This document shows positions 1-10,414 of a DNA stretch of 64,000 nt, piece by piece. Origin of the DNA: Methanobacteriota archaeon (GTDB lineage: Archaea > Halobacteriota > Bog-38 > Methanoflorentales > Methanoflorentaceae). The notes beneath the pieces were generated by a model that saw nothing but the letters and a program-made list of their open reading frames with translations, was not told the DNA's origin and made no database searches. The stretch spans positions 145,604-209,603 of the forward strand of contig CAWDSY010000007.1 in assembly GCA_963805115.1 (NCBI GenBank), written 5' to 3'. The stretch's first letter is position 1, and the number at the start of each line of letters is the position of its first letter. A program made the translations under genes and the position numbers.

Positions 1-13
1 GCTAGGTAAGCGC

Positions 14-754
14 ATGCGCATAGTAGCTAATTTTAAGCATTACAAGGAGCTCAATGAGGAGGTCTTTCAGGCGGTTCAGGCTGGCGTAGCTGAGTTGACT
101 CTTGAGGACGTAAACGGCCAAAGGTTTATTGCTGACTGTCTCAAAGGCAAGCTCAAGATCAATATCTATGGCACCCCTGGAAACGATTTGGGAATGTTCA
201 TGGATGGTCCAACGGTAACAGTCTTTGGTAACGCCCAAGACGGCGTCGGAAACACCATGAGTTCAGGGAAGATAATCATACACGGGGACGGACGAGACAT
301 CTTGGGTCACAGTATGAGGGGGGGCAAGATCTTTGTCCGTGGCGACGTTGGTTATAGAGTTGGCATACATATGAAGACTTACAAGTCCAACGTTCCGATA
401 ATAGTTGCCGGTGGACACGCTGGAGATTTCCTCGGAGAGTACATGGCTGGTGGCATGATCATTGTTTTGGGAATCCATAATAGGGCCAAAAAAGCCGAGA
501 TTTTAGGCGATTGGATAGCGACAGGACAACACGGCGGAGCTATTTACGTCAGGGGCAACGTCGACGAGAGCAAGCTAGGCAACGGCGCGTCGCAATTTCC
601 ACTGACTGCAGATGACGAAATCGCTGTTAAAAAAGTTCTCAAGGAGTACTGCCAGGTTTTTGGCCTAGACCTCGATAGCCTACTTGACTCCGAATTCACA
701 AAGATCGCCCCACTCTCTCATAGGCCATATGCCGCATTATATACCTGTGAATAA
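14..754 (+). CDS. Glutamate synthase GXGXG-domain protein (GltB domain-3-like)
   Basis: 246-aa ORF with repeated Gly-rich beta-helix motifs (IYGTPGNDLGMFMDG, IIIHGDGRDILGHSMRGG, IFVRGDVGYRVG) typical of glutamate synthase domain 3 / FwdC-like proteins. Confidence 0.75.
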   Translation: MRIVANFKHYKELNEEVFQAVQAGVAELTLEDVNGQRFIADCLKGKLKINIYGTPGNDLGMFMDGPTVTVFGNAQDGVGNTMSSGKIIIHGDGRDILGHSMRGGKIFVRGDVGYRVGIHMKTYKSNVPIIVAGGHAGDFLGEYMAGGMIIVLGIHNRAKKAEILGDWIATGQHGGAIYVRGNVDESKLGNGASQFPLTADDEIAVKKVLKEYCQVFGLDLDSLLDSEFTKIAPLSHRPYAALYTCE

Positions 755-768
755 GTTGTGGAGGCGAC

Positions 769-1836
769 ATGGACCTTCTCTCATACAAAGACCTGAAACG
801 GAAAGTCTGGGATACGGAAAAATGCTGCGGATGCGGAGCGTGTGTTGGCGTATGCCCGACAGAAGCCCTTTATTTTGACGAGGAGCCTCGCCATCCCGCG
901 TCCAACGATTATTGTAAGGTCACGCGTGATGAGGTTCCTTGCGCGGCTTGTTATTATGCTTGTCCGAGAGCTGATGAAACCTGCTCTGACGGTTTTGGTC
1001 CTATCATATCGATATACGAATCACAATCCAAAATTCGCGTTTCTGACGCCCAATCAGGCGGCGTTGTCAGCTCCGTACTCGCAGCCGCTTTCGAATCGAA
1101 CGCGATTGACGGCGCGATCGTGATGGGCGTAGATAGATGGAGCCAAGCAGCTCAGCCCGCATTCGTTCAGACGTCTGACGCGGTTCTTGGGGCAGCAGGA
1201 TCGAGATACATATGGGCGCCTATTTTGACGGCACTCAGAGAAGCCATAGCAGACAGAGAGCTGCACAAGATTGCGATAGTAGGGACGCCTTGCGTGACTA
1301 GTGCGGTCAGAAGGATTCGGCAATCGAACGTCGACGTCTTGTCAATATATAAAAACGCAATTCGAGTCTCCCTCGGGCTGTTTTGCACAGAAATATTTAC
1401 AGATAGTCTCCTCGAAGAGTTGCGAATAGGCCACGGGATCAAGCCCTGGGAGATAAGCGGTTTCGACGTGAAGGGAAAGTTCATCGTAAAACTGAGAGAT
1501 AACGCTGCGCAAGAGTTGCCTCTAAAAGACTTACGCACGTCAAAGAGAACTGGATGCGAGCACTGCGTGGACTTTACTAGTGAAGACGCCGATTTGTCGT
1601 TCGGAAGCGTTGGCGCCTCGCTTGGACACACGGTTGTAATCGTGCGAACAGATGTCGGCGAAGGTTTTTTGAAACAAGCACAGCGCCTGGGATATATAGA
1701 ACTCAGTTCAGGCGTCGATCTTGCCGCTATAGCGAAAATTGGGGCGAAAAAGAAAGGTATACCATTCGAAACCGCAATGTCACTACTCAAGGAACCGAGT
1801 TATGACGCGCCATCATCTAGCGGAAAGACTGAATAA
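769..1836 (+). CDS. FrhB/FdhB-family F420-binding iron-sulfur protein
   Basis: 355-aa ORF. N-terminal ferredoxin-type cluster CCGCGACVGVCP is followed by an FrhB-like body. It lies 15 nt downstream of the GXGXG-domain gene. Confidence 0.7.
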   Translation: MDLLSYKDLKRKVWDTEKCCGCGACVGVCPTEALYFDEEPRHPASNDYCKVTRDEVPCAACYYACPRADETCSDGFGPIISIYESQSKIRVSDAQSGGVVSSVLAAAFESNAIDGAIVMGVDRWSQAAQPAFVQTSDAVLGAAGSRYIWAPILTALREAIADRELHKIAIVGTPCVTSAVRRIRQSNVDVLSIYKNAIRVSLGLFCTEIFTDSLLEELRIGHGIKPWEISGFDVKGKFIVKLRDNAAQELPLKDLRTSKRTGCEHCVDFTSEDADLSFGSVGASLGHTVVIVRTDVGEGFLKQAQRLGYIELSSGVDLAAIAKIGAKKKGIPFETAMSLLKEPSYDAPSSSGKTE

Positions 1837-2617
1837 TTGGTTCCAGATAATCTCTTCCGCGCTTTTGTCCTTCAATCGTCCGATGTTCGTCTATTAGGAG
1901 CCCGTCATATCCTATTCTGTTTAATGCCTCAATGACAGCTCGCCACGGAACTGATCCTTGCCCAACAACCGCATGCGTTTCTCGAAACCCGTCGTTATCG
2001 TGGATGTGCACGTGCTTGATTCGCGCGCCGAACTTATGAATCATTTGTGGAACTGGAATGTCGGTGGTGTTGCAATGGCCCACGTCCAGGGCCACCTGCA
2101 AGAACTTTGATCTCAGTTCATCGACGATTTCCACGAGAGCGTCGCCAGTCCAAGCTTCTTTAAAAGCGGGCGGGAAGCGCGGCATATTTTCTATGCAGAC
2201 GAGAATTTTTTCGTTCTCTGCTTTTTCACATATGCGCAAAAAAGAGTCGCCTTCATTTTCCTTTGCAATTCGCTCGAATTTTTGCAAGCTTCTCGGATAG
2301 CTGACGATACCTGGGTGAACCACGACTAATTCGCAGCCGAGTTCGCTTGCGTACGTGATCGAGTTGAGTATTTCGTAAAGGGACGCGTTACGAAGCTTGG
2401 GATTAATGCTAGCAAGATTCACGCTGCAGAAAGGTGCGTGCATCGTATACGTGAGATCGTAGCTCCGCTTAAGCTCAGAGAGGAGACTCACGTTGGGCGT
2501 GCTATAGTGGACGTGGGGGAACTCAGAAACTAGCTCGATAGCAGTGAAGGTCGCAGCGGCGCTTACGATAAACTCTCTAACGTCAAGTTCAATCGCTGAA
2601 GAGACACCATACAGCAT
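1817..2617 (-). CDS. Xylose-isomerase-like TIM-barrel protein (sugar phosphate isomerase/epimerase or AP endonuclease 2 superfamily)
   Basis: 266-aa ORF with VVHPG, CIENMP, DVGHCN and HVHIHDNDG..ETH motifs characteristic of this metal-dependent TIM-barrel superfamily. Confidence 0.65.
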   Translation of the reverse strand: MLYGVSSAIELDVREFIVSAAATFTAIELVSEFPHVHYSTPNVSLLSELKRSYDLTYTMHAPFCSVNLASINPKLRNASLYEILNSITYASELGCELVVVHPGIVSYPRSLQKFERIAKENEGDSFLRICEKAENEKILVCIENMPRFPPAFKEAWTGDALVEIVDELRSKFLQVALDVGHCNTTDIPVPQMIHKFGARIKHVHIHDNDGFRETHAVVGQGSVPWRAVIEALNRIGYDGLLIDEHRTIEGQKRGRDYLEPIIQSFR

Positions 2618-2677
2618 TGCTAAACTCCGACTGGAGGTGGGATGACGTCGACTTCTGACCGATTCGGCGGACTGTGC

Positions 2678-3253
2678 TCACGTCTCGTACTCTTTCTTAA
2701 GTGCGTTAAGAGCTTCGATAACGATCTCCACGTAAAGACGAGTATCGTTGCCATAGTGATCGCGGACTTTTGCCGCGTCTTCGTTGTCGAGTTGCAACCG
2801 TTCAATCCGTTCGAGGGTTTTCTCGGCAGTTTCTAATACCCATCTGTTTCGTGTTTCGGAATCGACGACGTTGATAAATTCAGGGCGTATGGATACCTTT
2901 ACCGGACCGTCGTTAGTGCGAAATACGTTCAGCTTGCCGACGACAGCCACGAACGCAGGTACTTCTATTGCACTCAACTGGGTGACTGCCTGTTGCTGAT
3001 ACTGTCCGGCGTATATGGGAAAGACGCCTGTCGGATCGGCCAGTCGAGCGCGCCAATAGTCAGAATCAACGCCAACGTTTTCCTTTTCCGTAAGCGTACC
3101 GACGACAAACACACGATTACATTTGGCGCCTGTTGGGGTCAGAAGATACTGTGGCGCGTAGGTATCTTCGTGTTCCTTGTAGACGAGCGTCGACTCGCTG
3201 AGCTCTTTCGCGTACATGCGTCGCGCGACTTCTCGTTGTCTTAGCGACATCAA
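2678..3253 (-). CDS. RPA-associated OB-fold protein (COG3390-like)
   Basis: 191-aa ORF overlapping the stop of the upstream RPA gene by 4 nt. OB-fold-like core (NRVFVVGTLTEKENVG...YWRARLADPTG...FVAVVGKLNVF) as in euryarchaeal RPA partner proteins. Confidence 0.6.
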   Translation of the reverse strand: MMSLRQREVARRMYAKELSESTLVYKEHEDTYAPQYLLTPTGAKCNRVFVVGTLTEKENVGVDSDYWRARLADPTGVFPIYAGQYQQQAVTQLSAIEVPAFVAVVGKLNVFRTNDGPVKVSIRPEFINVVDSETRNRWVLETAEKTLERIERLQLDNEDAAKVRDHYGNDTRLYVEIVIEALNALKKEYET

Positions 3254-4191
3254 AGACTCCCCTGCGCCCTCTTGAGGACGGCATCAATGTCATCCTCGTC
3301 CATCTTAGGGAGCTCTTCAAAATCTGTTATCAGCAGCCATCGCGGAGTTTTGTTGCCGCGCACCTTATAGTAGCGTCCGATGATGACGGCCTTCATGGCG
3401 TCTGCCGCAACGTTTTGGTCGAGCGCTTCCATAGCCATTTCTTTAGCTGCCTCCAGCGTGATTCCGGTCAATCTTTCCGTCATCTCTCGATTAAAGAGCA
3501 CGTCTGACACGATCTCGCCGTTATCGAGCACACCTTTCACGCGCAAATCGTACACTCCAGTTACTTCGCCGTGCTCCGCGCAGTGCCCCTTGACGACGAC
3601 GCGACTGCACTCCGGGCATCGTTTGATTAATCCCGAGCCGGACTGCACATCGATAATTGCACCAGAGATCTCGTCTTCTGCGCGACCGACTGCTACCTCT
3701 TCATCGAGTGGTGCAATTTCGGATGCTTTGTTCAAGCTAACGCTGAAACGTCCCTGCCACGATTTTGTGACCACGTTGCGTATCGAGTAGCTTTGTCCGT
3801 CCCTGAGAATGGGCAAGTTCGCATTTGACCAGCTCGTAAACTTGATGGTCCCCGTCTCGTCGCCGAGGAGGCCTACTTGCGCTATTGATGGCGAATTAGG
3901 CTCCCACAGCTGCACGACCCGCACGCGGAGGTTGATCCATCTATCTTCCGCATTTATGTCTGTGATTTTTGCGTAGATTACGTCGGTTTCGGAAGCGACA
4001 CCTTCTTTGGGATGGAGTTTGGCAAAATACGAAACCACGCTCCTTCTTGCTTCCTCGATGGGCACCTTAAAATCGTAAACCAGGCTGTTCAGCCGCTGTT
4101 CAATGTCGCTCGTGGGAACTGTGACACCTTGTTCCAAAAAACGAGTACGAATGTCTTCTGCTAGCTCTCTCAAGTCCATTTCTTCCCTCAA
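3250..4191 (-). CDS. rpa: Replication protein A (ssDNA-binding, OB fold plus zinc finger)
   Basis: 313-aa ORF. OB-fold region (RVRVVQLWEP...GLLGDETGTIKFTSW) followed by a CPECSRVVVKGHCAEHG zinc-ribbon, the typical euryarchaeal RPA layout. Confidence 0.75.
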   Translation of the reverse strand: MREEMDLRELAEDIRTRFLEQGVTVPTSDIEQRLNSLVYDFKVPIEEARRSVVSYFAKLHPKEGVASETDVIYAKITDINAEDRWINLRVRVVQLWEPNSPSIAQVGLLGDETGTIKFTSWSNANLPILRDGQSYSIRNVVTKSWQGRFSVSLNKASEIAPLDEEVAVGRAEDEISGAIIDVQSGSGLIKRCPECSRVVVKGHCAEHGEVTGVYDLRVKGVLDNGEIVSDVLFNREMTERLTGITLEAAKEMAMEALDQNVAADAMKAVIIGRYYKVRGNKTPRWLLITDFEELPKMDEDDIDAVLKRAQGSL

Positions 4192-4283
4192 GCCTTTGGT
4201 TTTCTAGTTTGAAAGGCAGCAATATGTTGTACGAGATCGATATAAAGCTTTCTCGCGTGCCAGAAAAGTGTTTAATAATAAGG

Positions 4284-4583
4284 CTGGAGTGGGGGTTGTA
4301 AGCCTCCTTCTGTTTCAAGTGGCATTCATCTAAGCGCTTAACCTGGGTGTCGTCTGGACTGCTCATTCACCCTTTTTAGCTTGCACCTGTGAGGATTCGC
4401 CGTTCCATCGTAACTCCTGCTCTCGTCGGTTCTTCACCTCATACTCATATTTGCAGGGACGTACCGTTTCTGTGCCAGAGCCATGACTCTCGCCATGCGA
4501 GTTTCCCCGCTCACACGTCCAGAGGGTGGGAGGACTTTCCTCAGCGTGTTCCACCGGCAGCCACTCATCCCCTCTCCTCTCTT
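4284..4583 (-). ncRNA. rnpB: RNase P RNA (archaeal type A-like)
   Basis: The minus strand contains GCUGAGGAAAGUCCUCCC (CR-I), GGCACAGAAAC and ACAGAAGGAGGCUUACAAC (CR-IV-like). The 5-prime GGAGAGGGG can pair with the 3-prime CCCCCACUCC as P1. About 300 nt in a 440-nt gap with only short overlapping ORFs. Confidence 0.8.
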
Positions 4584-4629
4584 TATCTCGAAGGCAAACG
4601 TAATATAAGTATTCACTAATATGTGAAGC

Positions 4630-5196
4630 GTGGATTTGGACGAAGCACGTGTGGGTATGCGTCTCGCACGTCAAGCTATCGAGATCGCGGTAAACTCCGG
4701 GGAACGGATAGAAGCGCCGGAAGGCCTTCCCGCCATTTTTGAGGAACTCGGCGGCGTTTTTGTAACCTTACATTCAGGCGGCCTGAGGGGCTGTGTTGGG
4801 TACCCTTATCCAACCATGACAATAAAGGAAGCCCTGATCGACTCAGCAATCAGCGCGGCCTTACACGATTATCGATTTCCTCCCGTGCGGGCGGACGAGT
4901 TGGCACGGATCACGATGGAGATTACGCTCCTTTCGAAACCGGTAAGGATTTTCGGCCCCTCTGACATAGTGATCGGTAAGCACGGCCTCATTGTGAAGAA
5001 AGGGTTGCAGCAAGGATTGCTTTTGCCTCAAGTTGCGACAGATTACGGCTGGACGCCCCAGGAGTTTTTAGATCAAACATACGTCAAGGCAGGCCTGACC
5101 CCTCGAGACGACAGCGCAGAAATATTTGTGTTTGAAGGCCAGGTCTTTTCCGAGCTTCGTCCTGGTGGCGACGTCGTTGAGCGTCGTCTTGAGTGA
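4630..5196 (+). CDS. AMMECR1 domain protein
   Basis: 188-aa ORF with a GVFVTLHSGGLRGCVGYPYP core and a C-terminal region typical of AMMECR1. Confidence 0.85.
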   Translation: MDLDEARVGMRLARQAIEIAVNSGERIEAPEGLPAIFEELGGVFVTLHSGGLRGCVGYPYPTMTIKEALIDSAISAALHDYRFPPVRADELARITMEITLLSKPVRIFGPSDIVIGKHGLIVKKGLQQGLLLPQVATDYGWTPQEFLDQTYVKAGLTPRDDSAEIFVFEGQVFSELRPGGDVVERRLE

Positions 5197-5202
5197 CGCA
5201 CG

Positions 5203-6423
5203 ATGAGCACCACGGTCATCCGAAATGCGAAAGTCTTTCACAAGAGTCGCATCGTTGTCCGTGACGTACTCATCGAAAGCGGCACCATTACAAAGATCGG
5301 ACGCGTCCGCGCCGGAGAGCAAGTGATAGATGCACGCGGCCGATTGCTTCTGCCAGGTGCAATCGACGCGCACGTTCATTTTCGCGATCTGGGCGAAGTC
5401 TACAAAGAGGATTGGTACTCCGGTTCGTGCGCGGCCGCTGCAGGGGGCGTCACCACTGTTATAGACCAACCAAACACGAAACCGGCGATATGTGATGAAG
5501 GCTCCTATTTCGCGAAGCAGCGCGCGGCACGAAAATCCGTTGTTAATTATGGCATCAACGCGGCTATCGATAGGCTCGACCAACTCGAAGACGTTTGGCG
5601 ACTCGGGGCCACGGCTTTTGGAGAGGCATTCATTCAACATAAGTCGCGCGAGGATTTACTTTGCGCGCTGCAAACTATCAAGCGCCTTGATGCCGTCTTG
5701 TGCGTCCATGCGGCCACACGTGCCGATGAAATCTTGGGTGAGGCGGCAGGGATTAAAACAGTTCTCGAATGCAATAGGGGTATTGGAGCCAAAATACACG
5801 TCAGCCATCTAAGCACTTCGGCAGGGCTGGATTTAGTGAGGGCTTCTGATCAGGACGTCACCTGCGAAGTCACTCCGCATCACCTTTTTCTGTCTGAGCT
5901 CGATGAGGGAAGACTTGGCCCGTTTGGGACAATGAACCCGCCGCTTAGAAGCCGGCATGACGTCGATCGGCTGTGGTCACACCTCGATGATATTGATATG
6001 GTCGCGAGCGACCATGCACCCCATTCAATTGCCGACAAAAAAATGCCAAACGCTCCTCCGGGGGTTCCAGGAGTCCAAACTCTGCTTCCGTTGCTACTTT
6101 CAAAGCTGGATCAGATTGGTCTCGGACGTGTTGTCGACTTGGTGTGCACGGCTCCGGCAGACAGATTCAATTTCAAGAGTAAAGGAGCTATAGCTGAAGG
6201 GTTTGACGCAGATCTTATACTCGTTGATCTCAAGGATAAGAAACCGATAACGCCGAGCTTGATGTGGAGCAAGTGTGGTTGGACCCCTTTTGAAGGCTTC
6301 GAAGCCGTCTTCCCATCGCTCACGATGGTGCGCGGCGAAGTTGTTTTCAACGAAGGGTCTATCATAGCGAAGCAGGGGTGGGGCAGACAAGTCTGTGGAG
6401 CTGGTTGCAGCGAACCCGACTAG
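5203..6423 (+). CDS. pyrC: Dihydroorotase-type cyclic amidohydrolase
   Basis: 406-aa ORF with LLPGAIDAHVHFRD, HVSHLST and ASDHAPH metal-ligand motifs. Confidence 0.75.
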   Translation: MSTTVIRNAKVFHKSRIVVRDVLIESGTITKIGRVRAGEQVIDARGRLLLPGAIDAHVHFRDLGEVYKEDWYSGSCAAAAGGVTTVIDQPNTKPAICDEGSYFAKQRAARKSVVNYGINAAIDRLDQLEDVWRLGATAFGEAFIQHKSREDLLCALQTIKRLDAVLCVHAATRADEILGEAAGIKTVLECNRGIGAKIHVSHLSTSAGLDLVRASDQDVTCEVTPHHLFLSELDEGRLGPFGTMNPPLRSRHDVDRLWSHLDDIDMVASDHAPHSIADKKMPNAPPGVPGVQTLLPLLLSKLDQIGLGRVVDLVCTAPADRFNFKSKGAIAEGFDADLILVDLKDKKPITPSLMWSKCGWTPFEGFEAVFPSLTMVRGEVVFNEGSIIAKQGWGRQVCGAGCSEPD

Positions 6424-6531
6424 TCTTCTGCGTGGCGATAGATAGACGCTTCCGAGGCATGCGTTCCAGTAGTCACCTACACAACTTTCATATCAACAGA
6501 AACAGCTCTTGCGCTACTAGTCACCAGGCAA

Positions 6532-7668
6532 TCAGATGATCCCGAGACTGGTGAGCCTTTCGGGAAGGTATACTGCCGTAACGTAGTCTAGGCCTCTGCT
6601 TGCAAACGCCTGTTGTTCAGACTTCTTCTTCAGTTCAAGCTGAATGTTGATCTCTTCCTTCCAGAAATCAGTACCAAAACGCGGATCAGTGAGCTCTGAT
6701 TGGAGTGCTCGCACGTCCTGATCAGACAGCTTATCGGTCGGCAAGTCATAGTTGACGATGTCGCTCGGGCGCACGCCGATGAATTGTGCTGCCGGGGTTG
6801 CCATATATTCCGACATGTGGGCACTCTTTATCGACCCGTACGCGACGGAGGCGAATATTCGGTAGGACCACGGATCCCCGTCTGTAAAAACGACGACTGG
6901 CAGCTTTAGCCGCTCGTTCATTCTTTTTAAAAGCCGCCGTGTGCTTCTCGCTGGCTGGCCTTTCAGGTGCACGATAATTGCATCGTAATCTGTGTCGAAT
7001 CCGTTTTCAATAAGTCTGTCGCGCATACCGCCGGTTTCGATAGCGATGATAAACTTAGCGTCGTGCTCGACGAAATCTAAGTTGTCGACGTTGTAAGGGA
7101 TCTGATAGCCCCCCTCCCCAACGTCATCAATGCAATGGATGACTCGTTCCGTTACCTGCCCGCGTCGTTCAACGTTTTCTTTAATCCGAATGGGACCGAA
7201 AATCGTAGCGCCATTCTCTTCAGGCCGAACGTGAAAGTTCTCGCGTTGGAGTTCAGTTATGATTTCAAGATCCTCGATCATTCTGTCGGACTCGGGCTGC
7301 TCTCTGAACTTTGCTAGTTTCCAGCCTTCGGAAATATAGTAAAGCTCTCTGAGTGTTGATGAGCGGTTCTCTTCGAGCTGTTTATTGAGGAATTCAATCG
7401 TATAACTCGACTTGAGGAGGCTATAGGCGCCTCTCACAGTCTTGCAGCTCCTGGCGCTCTCTCGTTCACCATAAACCCAAACCTCTGATTCTTCATTGAA
7501 CGCGATATTCGATTTCGTTCTTGTTGGGATCAGAAGCTGCGGAATTTGTTCACTGGTAAACTGATCGTAGATGGTTTTAATGATTTGCAGGAGCCTTTGC
7601 TTGGTTACACTATCCTTCTCCTTTTTTGCTTTCAGTAGCTCTTCTTCAACGCTCATGCTTTGCCTCAC
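6532..7668 (-). CDS. top6A: DNA topoisomerase VI subunit A
   Basis: 378-aa ORF, Spo11/Top6A-like ([38 protein letters not shown]). Overlaps top6B by 4 nt. Confidence 0.9.
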   Translation of the reverse strand: MRQSMSVEEELLKAKKEKDSVTKQRLLQIIKTIYDQFTSEQIPQLLIPTRTKSNIAFNEESEVWVYGERESARSCKTVRGAYSLLKSSYTIEFLNKQLEENRSSTLRELYYISEGWKLAKFREQPESDRMIEDLEIITELQRENFHVRPEENGATIFGPIRIKENVERRGQVTERVIHCIDDVGEGGYQIPYNVDNLDFVEHDAKFIIAIETGGMRDRLIENGFDTDYDAIIVHLKGQPARSTRRLLKRMNERLKLPVVVFTDGDPWSYRIFASVAYGSIKSAHMSEYMATPAAQFIGVRPSDIVNYDLPTDKLSDQDVRALQSELTDPRFGTDFWKEEINIQLELKKKSEQQAFASRGLDYVTAVYLPERLTSLGII

Positions 7669-9530
7669 TCACTAGCTCGCTTCTTAGGTAGCGCGTCGGC
7701 TCCTGTAACCATCTCTGCAAGTATCCCTTCAACGAGGGGATTGGCGCCTGGGGACTGCTCGGACTTAACGGCGTATCTGACTTTTTTTTCTGCATTAGGC
7801 TTGATTGATAGTTTCCAAATGTTGTCGAACTGGCCGTCAAAACTTGACACTCTTGGCTTAGGAGTTGGATCTTCGATCTCTACGGCAGAGACCTGGTGCA
7901 GCTTAAACTCTTTTTGGCTCTCAGAAAAGTTCTTGATGCGGATCGTCACCAATGACATGTCGTCGCTCTGTTCGGTCATCTTTTGCACGAGGACATTCCC
8001 CATAATCTTAGCAACGATGGGTTGAATATCCGGTTGCGGCTCGCCCGTTACCTCGGATACCTTCTCAGCAAGCTTGGGAAGCACCCTCTCTATTATCTCT
8101 TCTTTCTCTTTTCTCTTCGCCAGGACTTTTTGCTTCGCCAAGTAGTTCTTGAGCCCGCGCGCTACGTCTCGGACCGCAAGTTCTATCTCGTCCACTATCT
8201 CGGGGATATCCGCGATGGCTTCTTTTGACTCTGAAGTGAAAGGAACATTCGTTGACGCGACGTGTGTGAGAATGACGACTGGGCCTTGGGGAATGCCGCT
8301 TCCCCCCGGTTGCAGCAGTTCATAGTTCCTCCAGTTGATCTTCTCCACGGCGTGAGTACTCGCGCACCCACCTTGTTGATAAAGCAAAGGAACCCGGTTC
8401 GCGAATCGCAGCAGGTCCGTCTTTTCTTCCTTTGGTAAATTCCCTCCGTAGGCAATGCCCGCTTCGACGATGAATGGGTTGCCTGTGTGCACAGAGGGGT
8501 CTCGCGTAGTCGTCGCGATAAAATCAACGTCGTATTCTTTTTCCAGCCCCTTTCTGATCAGTTCTTCCGTTATAGGGGAAAGGCACTCCGTCGAAGGCGC
8601 GATGATCTTGACGGTCTTGAAAGCTTCGAGCAGGCGCTTTGCCTGATCGCGTGAGAGGTCACTGGGATTTACGTCGGGATCGACTCCAGCTTTTGCGCAT
8701 ATCTCTTTCGCGGTTTTGTGTCCGATGCGGGCAAACTCGTTTGTCAGGAATGAGGTCAGTCGCCTTCTCTCCGTGTACCGCAGCATCTTGATTAGCGTGC
8801 CGAGTTCAATGCCTTCAGGGTGTGGCAGTATTTCACAGGGTTCGACTGGCAAGACTTCCGTCACACGCTCAAACACTTGCGTGTCTCCTGTCGGTTCAAT
8901 CAACGTCAGTCTGGCATGCGGATTGACTATTGCAGTCGATTTTGCATACCCATATATCGATTGTTTGCGAGCGCGGACGTATGTACCTTCCATCTCGACT
9001 TCAATTCTGGTTCCGTGAGGCCTGTCCCACGGCACAATTTTCTCCATTAATATCTCGGGTTCGTTCGTTTTCGTGTTGATAACAAGCTCGTAGTAATGGG
9101 CTTCCTTGTTCTTTCCCGTCTTGGAGTATACTGCCGTAGGCCGTCCAGATGTCAGTTGCGCATACAGGACGACCGCCGAGATTCCTATGCCTTGCTGCCC
9201 TCTGCTCTGTTTCAGGGCGTGAAATCGAGAGCCGTAAAGGAGCTTTCCGAAAACTCGCGGTATCTGCTCTTTCACGATGCCAGGGCCGTTATCTTCTACA
9301 ACAACGCGATAGTTGTCTTTGTCCACCTTGTGAATCTCTATCAGAATATCAGGAAGTACGCCGCTCTCTTCGCAGGCATCGAGTGCGTTATCGACCGCTT
9401 CCTTGACACTTGTTATGAGGCTTCGCGTCGACGAGTCGAAACCGAGGATATGACGGTTTTTTTCAAAGAATTCTGCTATGCTTATCTCGCGTTGTTTCTG
9501 GGCAAGCTTCTCGGCAATGTTTTCAGCCAT
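7665..9530 (-). CDS. top6B: DNA topoisomerase VI subunit B
   Basis: GHKL ATPase motifs ([36 protein letters not shown]). An ATG at 9530 is preferred over the TTG at 9545. Confidence 0.9.
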   Translation of the reverse strand: MAENIAEKLAQKQREISIAEFFEKNRHILGFDSSTRSLITSVKEAVDNALDACEESGVLPDILIEIHKVDKDNYRVVVEDNGPGIVKEQIPRVFGKLLYGSRFHALKQSRGQQGIGISAVVLYAQLTSGRPTAVYSKTGKNKEAHYYELVINTKTNEPEILMEKIVPWDRPHGTRIEVEMEGTYVRARKQSIYGYAKSTAIVNPHARLTLIEPTGDTQVFERVTEVLPVEPCEILPHPEGIELGTLIKMLRYTERRRLTSFLTNEFARIGHKTAKEICAKAGVDPDVNPSDLSRDQAKRLLEAFKTVKIIAPSTECLSPITEELIRKGLEKEYDVDFIATTTRDPSVHTGNPFIVEAGIAYGGNLPKEEKTDLLRFANRVPLLYQQGGCASTHAVEKINWRNYELLQPGGSGIPQGPVVILTHVASTNVPFTSESKEAIADIPEIVDEIELAVRDVARGLKNYLAKQKVLAKRKEKEEIIERVLPKLAEKVSEVTGEPQPDIQPIVAKIMGNVLVQKMTEQSDDMSLVTIRIKNFSESQKEFKLHQVSAVEIEDPTPKPRVSSFDGQFDNIWKLSIKPNAEKKVRYAVKSEQSPGANPLVEGILAEMVTGADALPKKRASE

Positions 9531-9545
9531 CTGGTGTTCTCCCAA

Positions 9546-9758
9546 TCACAGCTCAGCGCCAACGATCGTGTGAGTTGTAGTGACTCCTTTGATATCTCGT
9601 ATGCTATCAACCGAATTATTCAATGCTGTCAGTCCTTCGACTTCGATAATGACCACAAAGTCATATTCTCCAAAGACATGATATACTTCTCGTATACCAC
9701 CTAACTCTAAAAGCGTTCGGTAAACATATCGTTCTTCTCCCGGAACGACGTTGACCAT
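9546..9758 (-). CDS. Stand-alone Lrp/AsnC-type ligand-binding (RAM) domain protein
   Basis: About 70 aa with [26 protein letters not shown]...IKGVTTTHT. Its stop abuts the top6B start. ATG at 9758; the ORF track extends to a GTG at 9788. Confidence 0.65.
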   Translation of the reverse strand: MVNVVPGEERYVYRTLLELGGIREVYHVFGEYDFVVIIEVEGLTALNNSVDSIRDIKGVTTTHTIVGAEL

Positions 9759-10076
9759 TGTAACTCCGACAACCACGATAATCACCACTCTATAAAAGCG
9801 AAAAGCGTATTTAGAAATTGCGATAGCTCATTGCAAGTCTCTCGACAAAGCCGGTCTGCTCGGATCTCAGCAGGTTACTGCTCAGTTGCTGCCTCTTGGA
9901 GTTAATTTTAGTGTATCGCCAGTCTTTCAGTTGTCTCCTCCGGTCCGTGAACTAAGTCGCTTGACGTTGTTCGACACAAAGGATACTCTATTGAGGTCCA
10001 ACCCTTCGCAGAGAAAACAAGCTCCCGCGCAGAAATTAGTTAAATAGAAATACGTCAACTCTATACTAAAAAAGAA

Positions 10077-10159
10077 GCGGAGGTAGCCAAGTGGTCAACG
10101 GCGGTGGACTCAAGATCCACTCTCAAAGGAGTTCGCGGGTTCGAATCCCTCCCTCCGCA
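10077..10159 (+). tRNA. tRNA-Leu(CAA), long variable arm, no encoded CCA
   Basis: Acceptor GCGGAGG/CCTCCGC, anticodon arm GTGGA-CTCAAGA-TCCAC, long variable arm, T loop TTCGAAT (one C-U mismatch in the T stem). Confidence 0.9.
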
Positions 10160-10325
10160 TCGTAAACAGCCATCATCCTCATTCTTTTTGCGAGTTTAGT
10201 CTGCCGCACGTCTAGCGACGTTATTCGGTCTAAGGCACTGCTTGTTCTTGGAGCAAGGTGTAGGCACGGAAGTGCTACAGGCTTCGGGGGGTATATCTAT
10301 AATAGTTGGAAGGTCAATAACACTT

Positions 10326-10394
10326 GTGCCGATGATGTGCACCGACTTCCGAGCGTCAAAGACGCAATGATGATCCCTATGAGTTCTGAGGCAC
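10326..10394 (+). ncRNA. Candidate C/D box sRNA
   Basis: Terminal stem GTGCC...GGCAC encloses a C box ATGATGT (10332), a C-prime box ATGATGA (10367), an exactly 12-nt guide and a D box CTGA (10386). The D-prime box is degenerate. Confidence 0.55.
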
Positions 10395-10414
10395 TAGATG
10401 AGCAACTGGCTGAA

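Noticed and set aside
4363-4674. ORFs 4363..4674 (103 aa), 4389..4619 and 4434..4616 as protein genes
   Set aside because: They overlap each other in three frames and cover the region carrying the RNase P RNA signature motifs. No protein family features are present.
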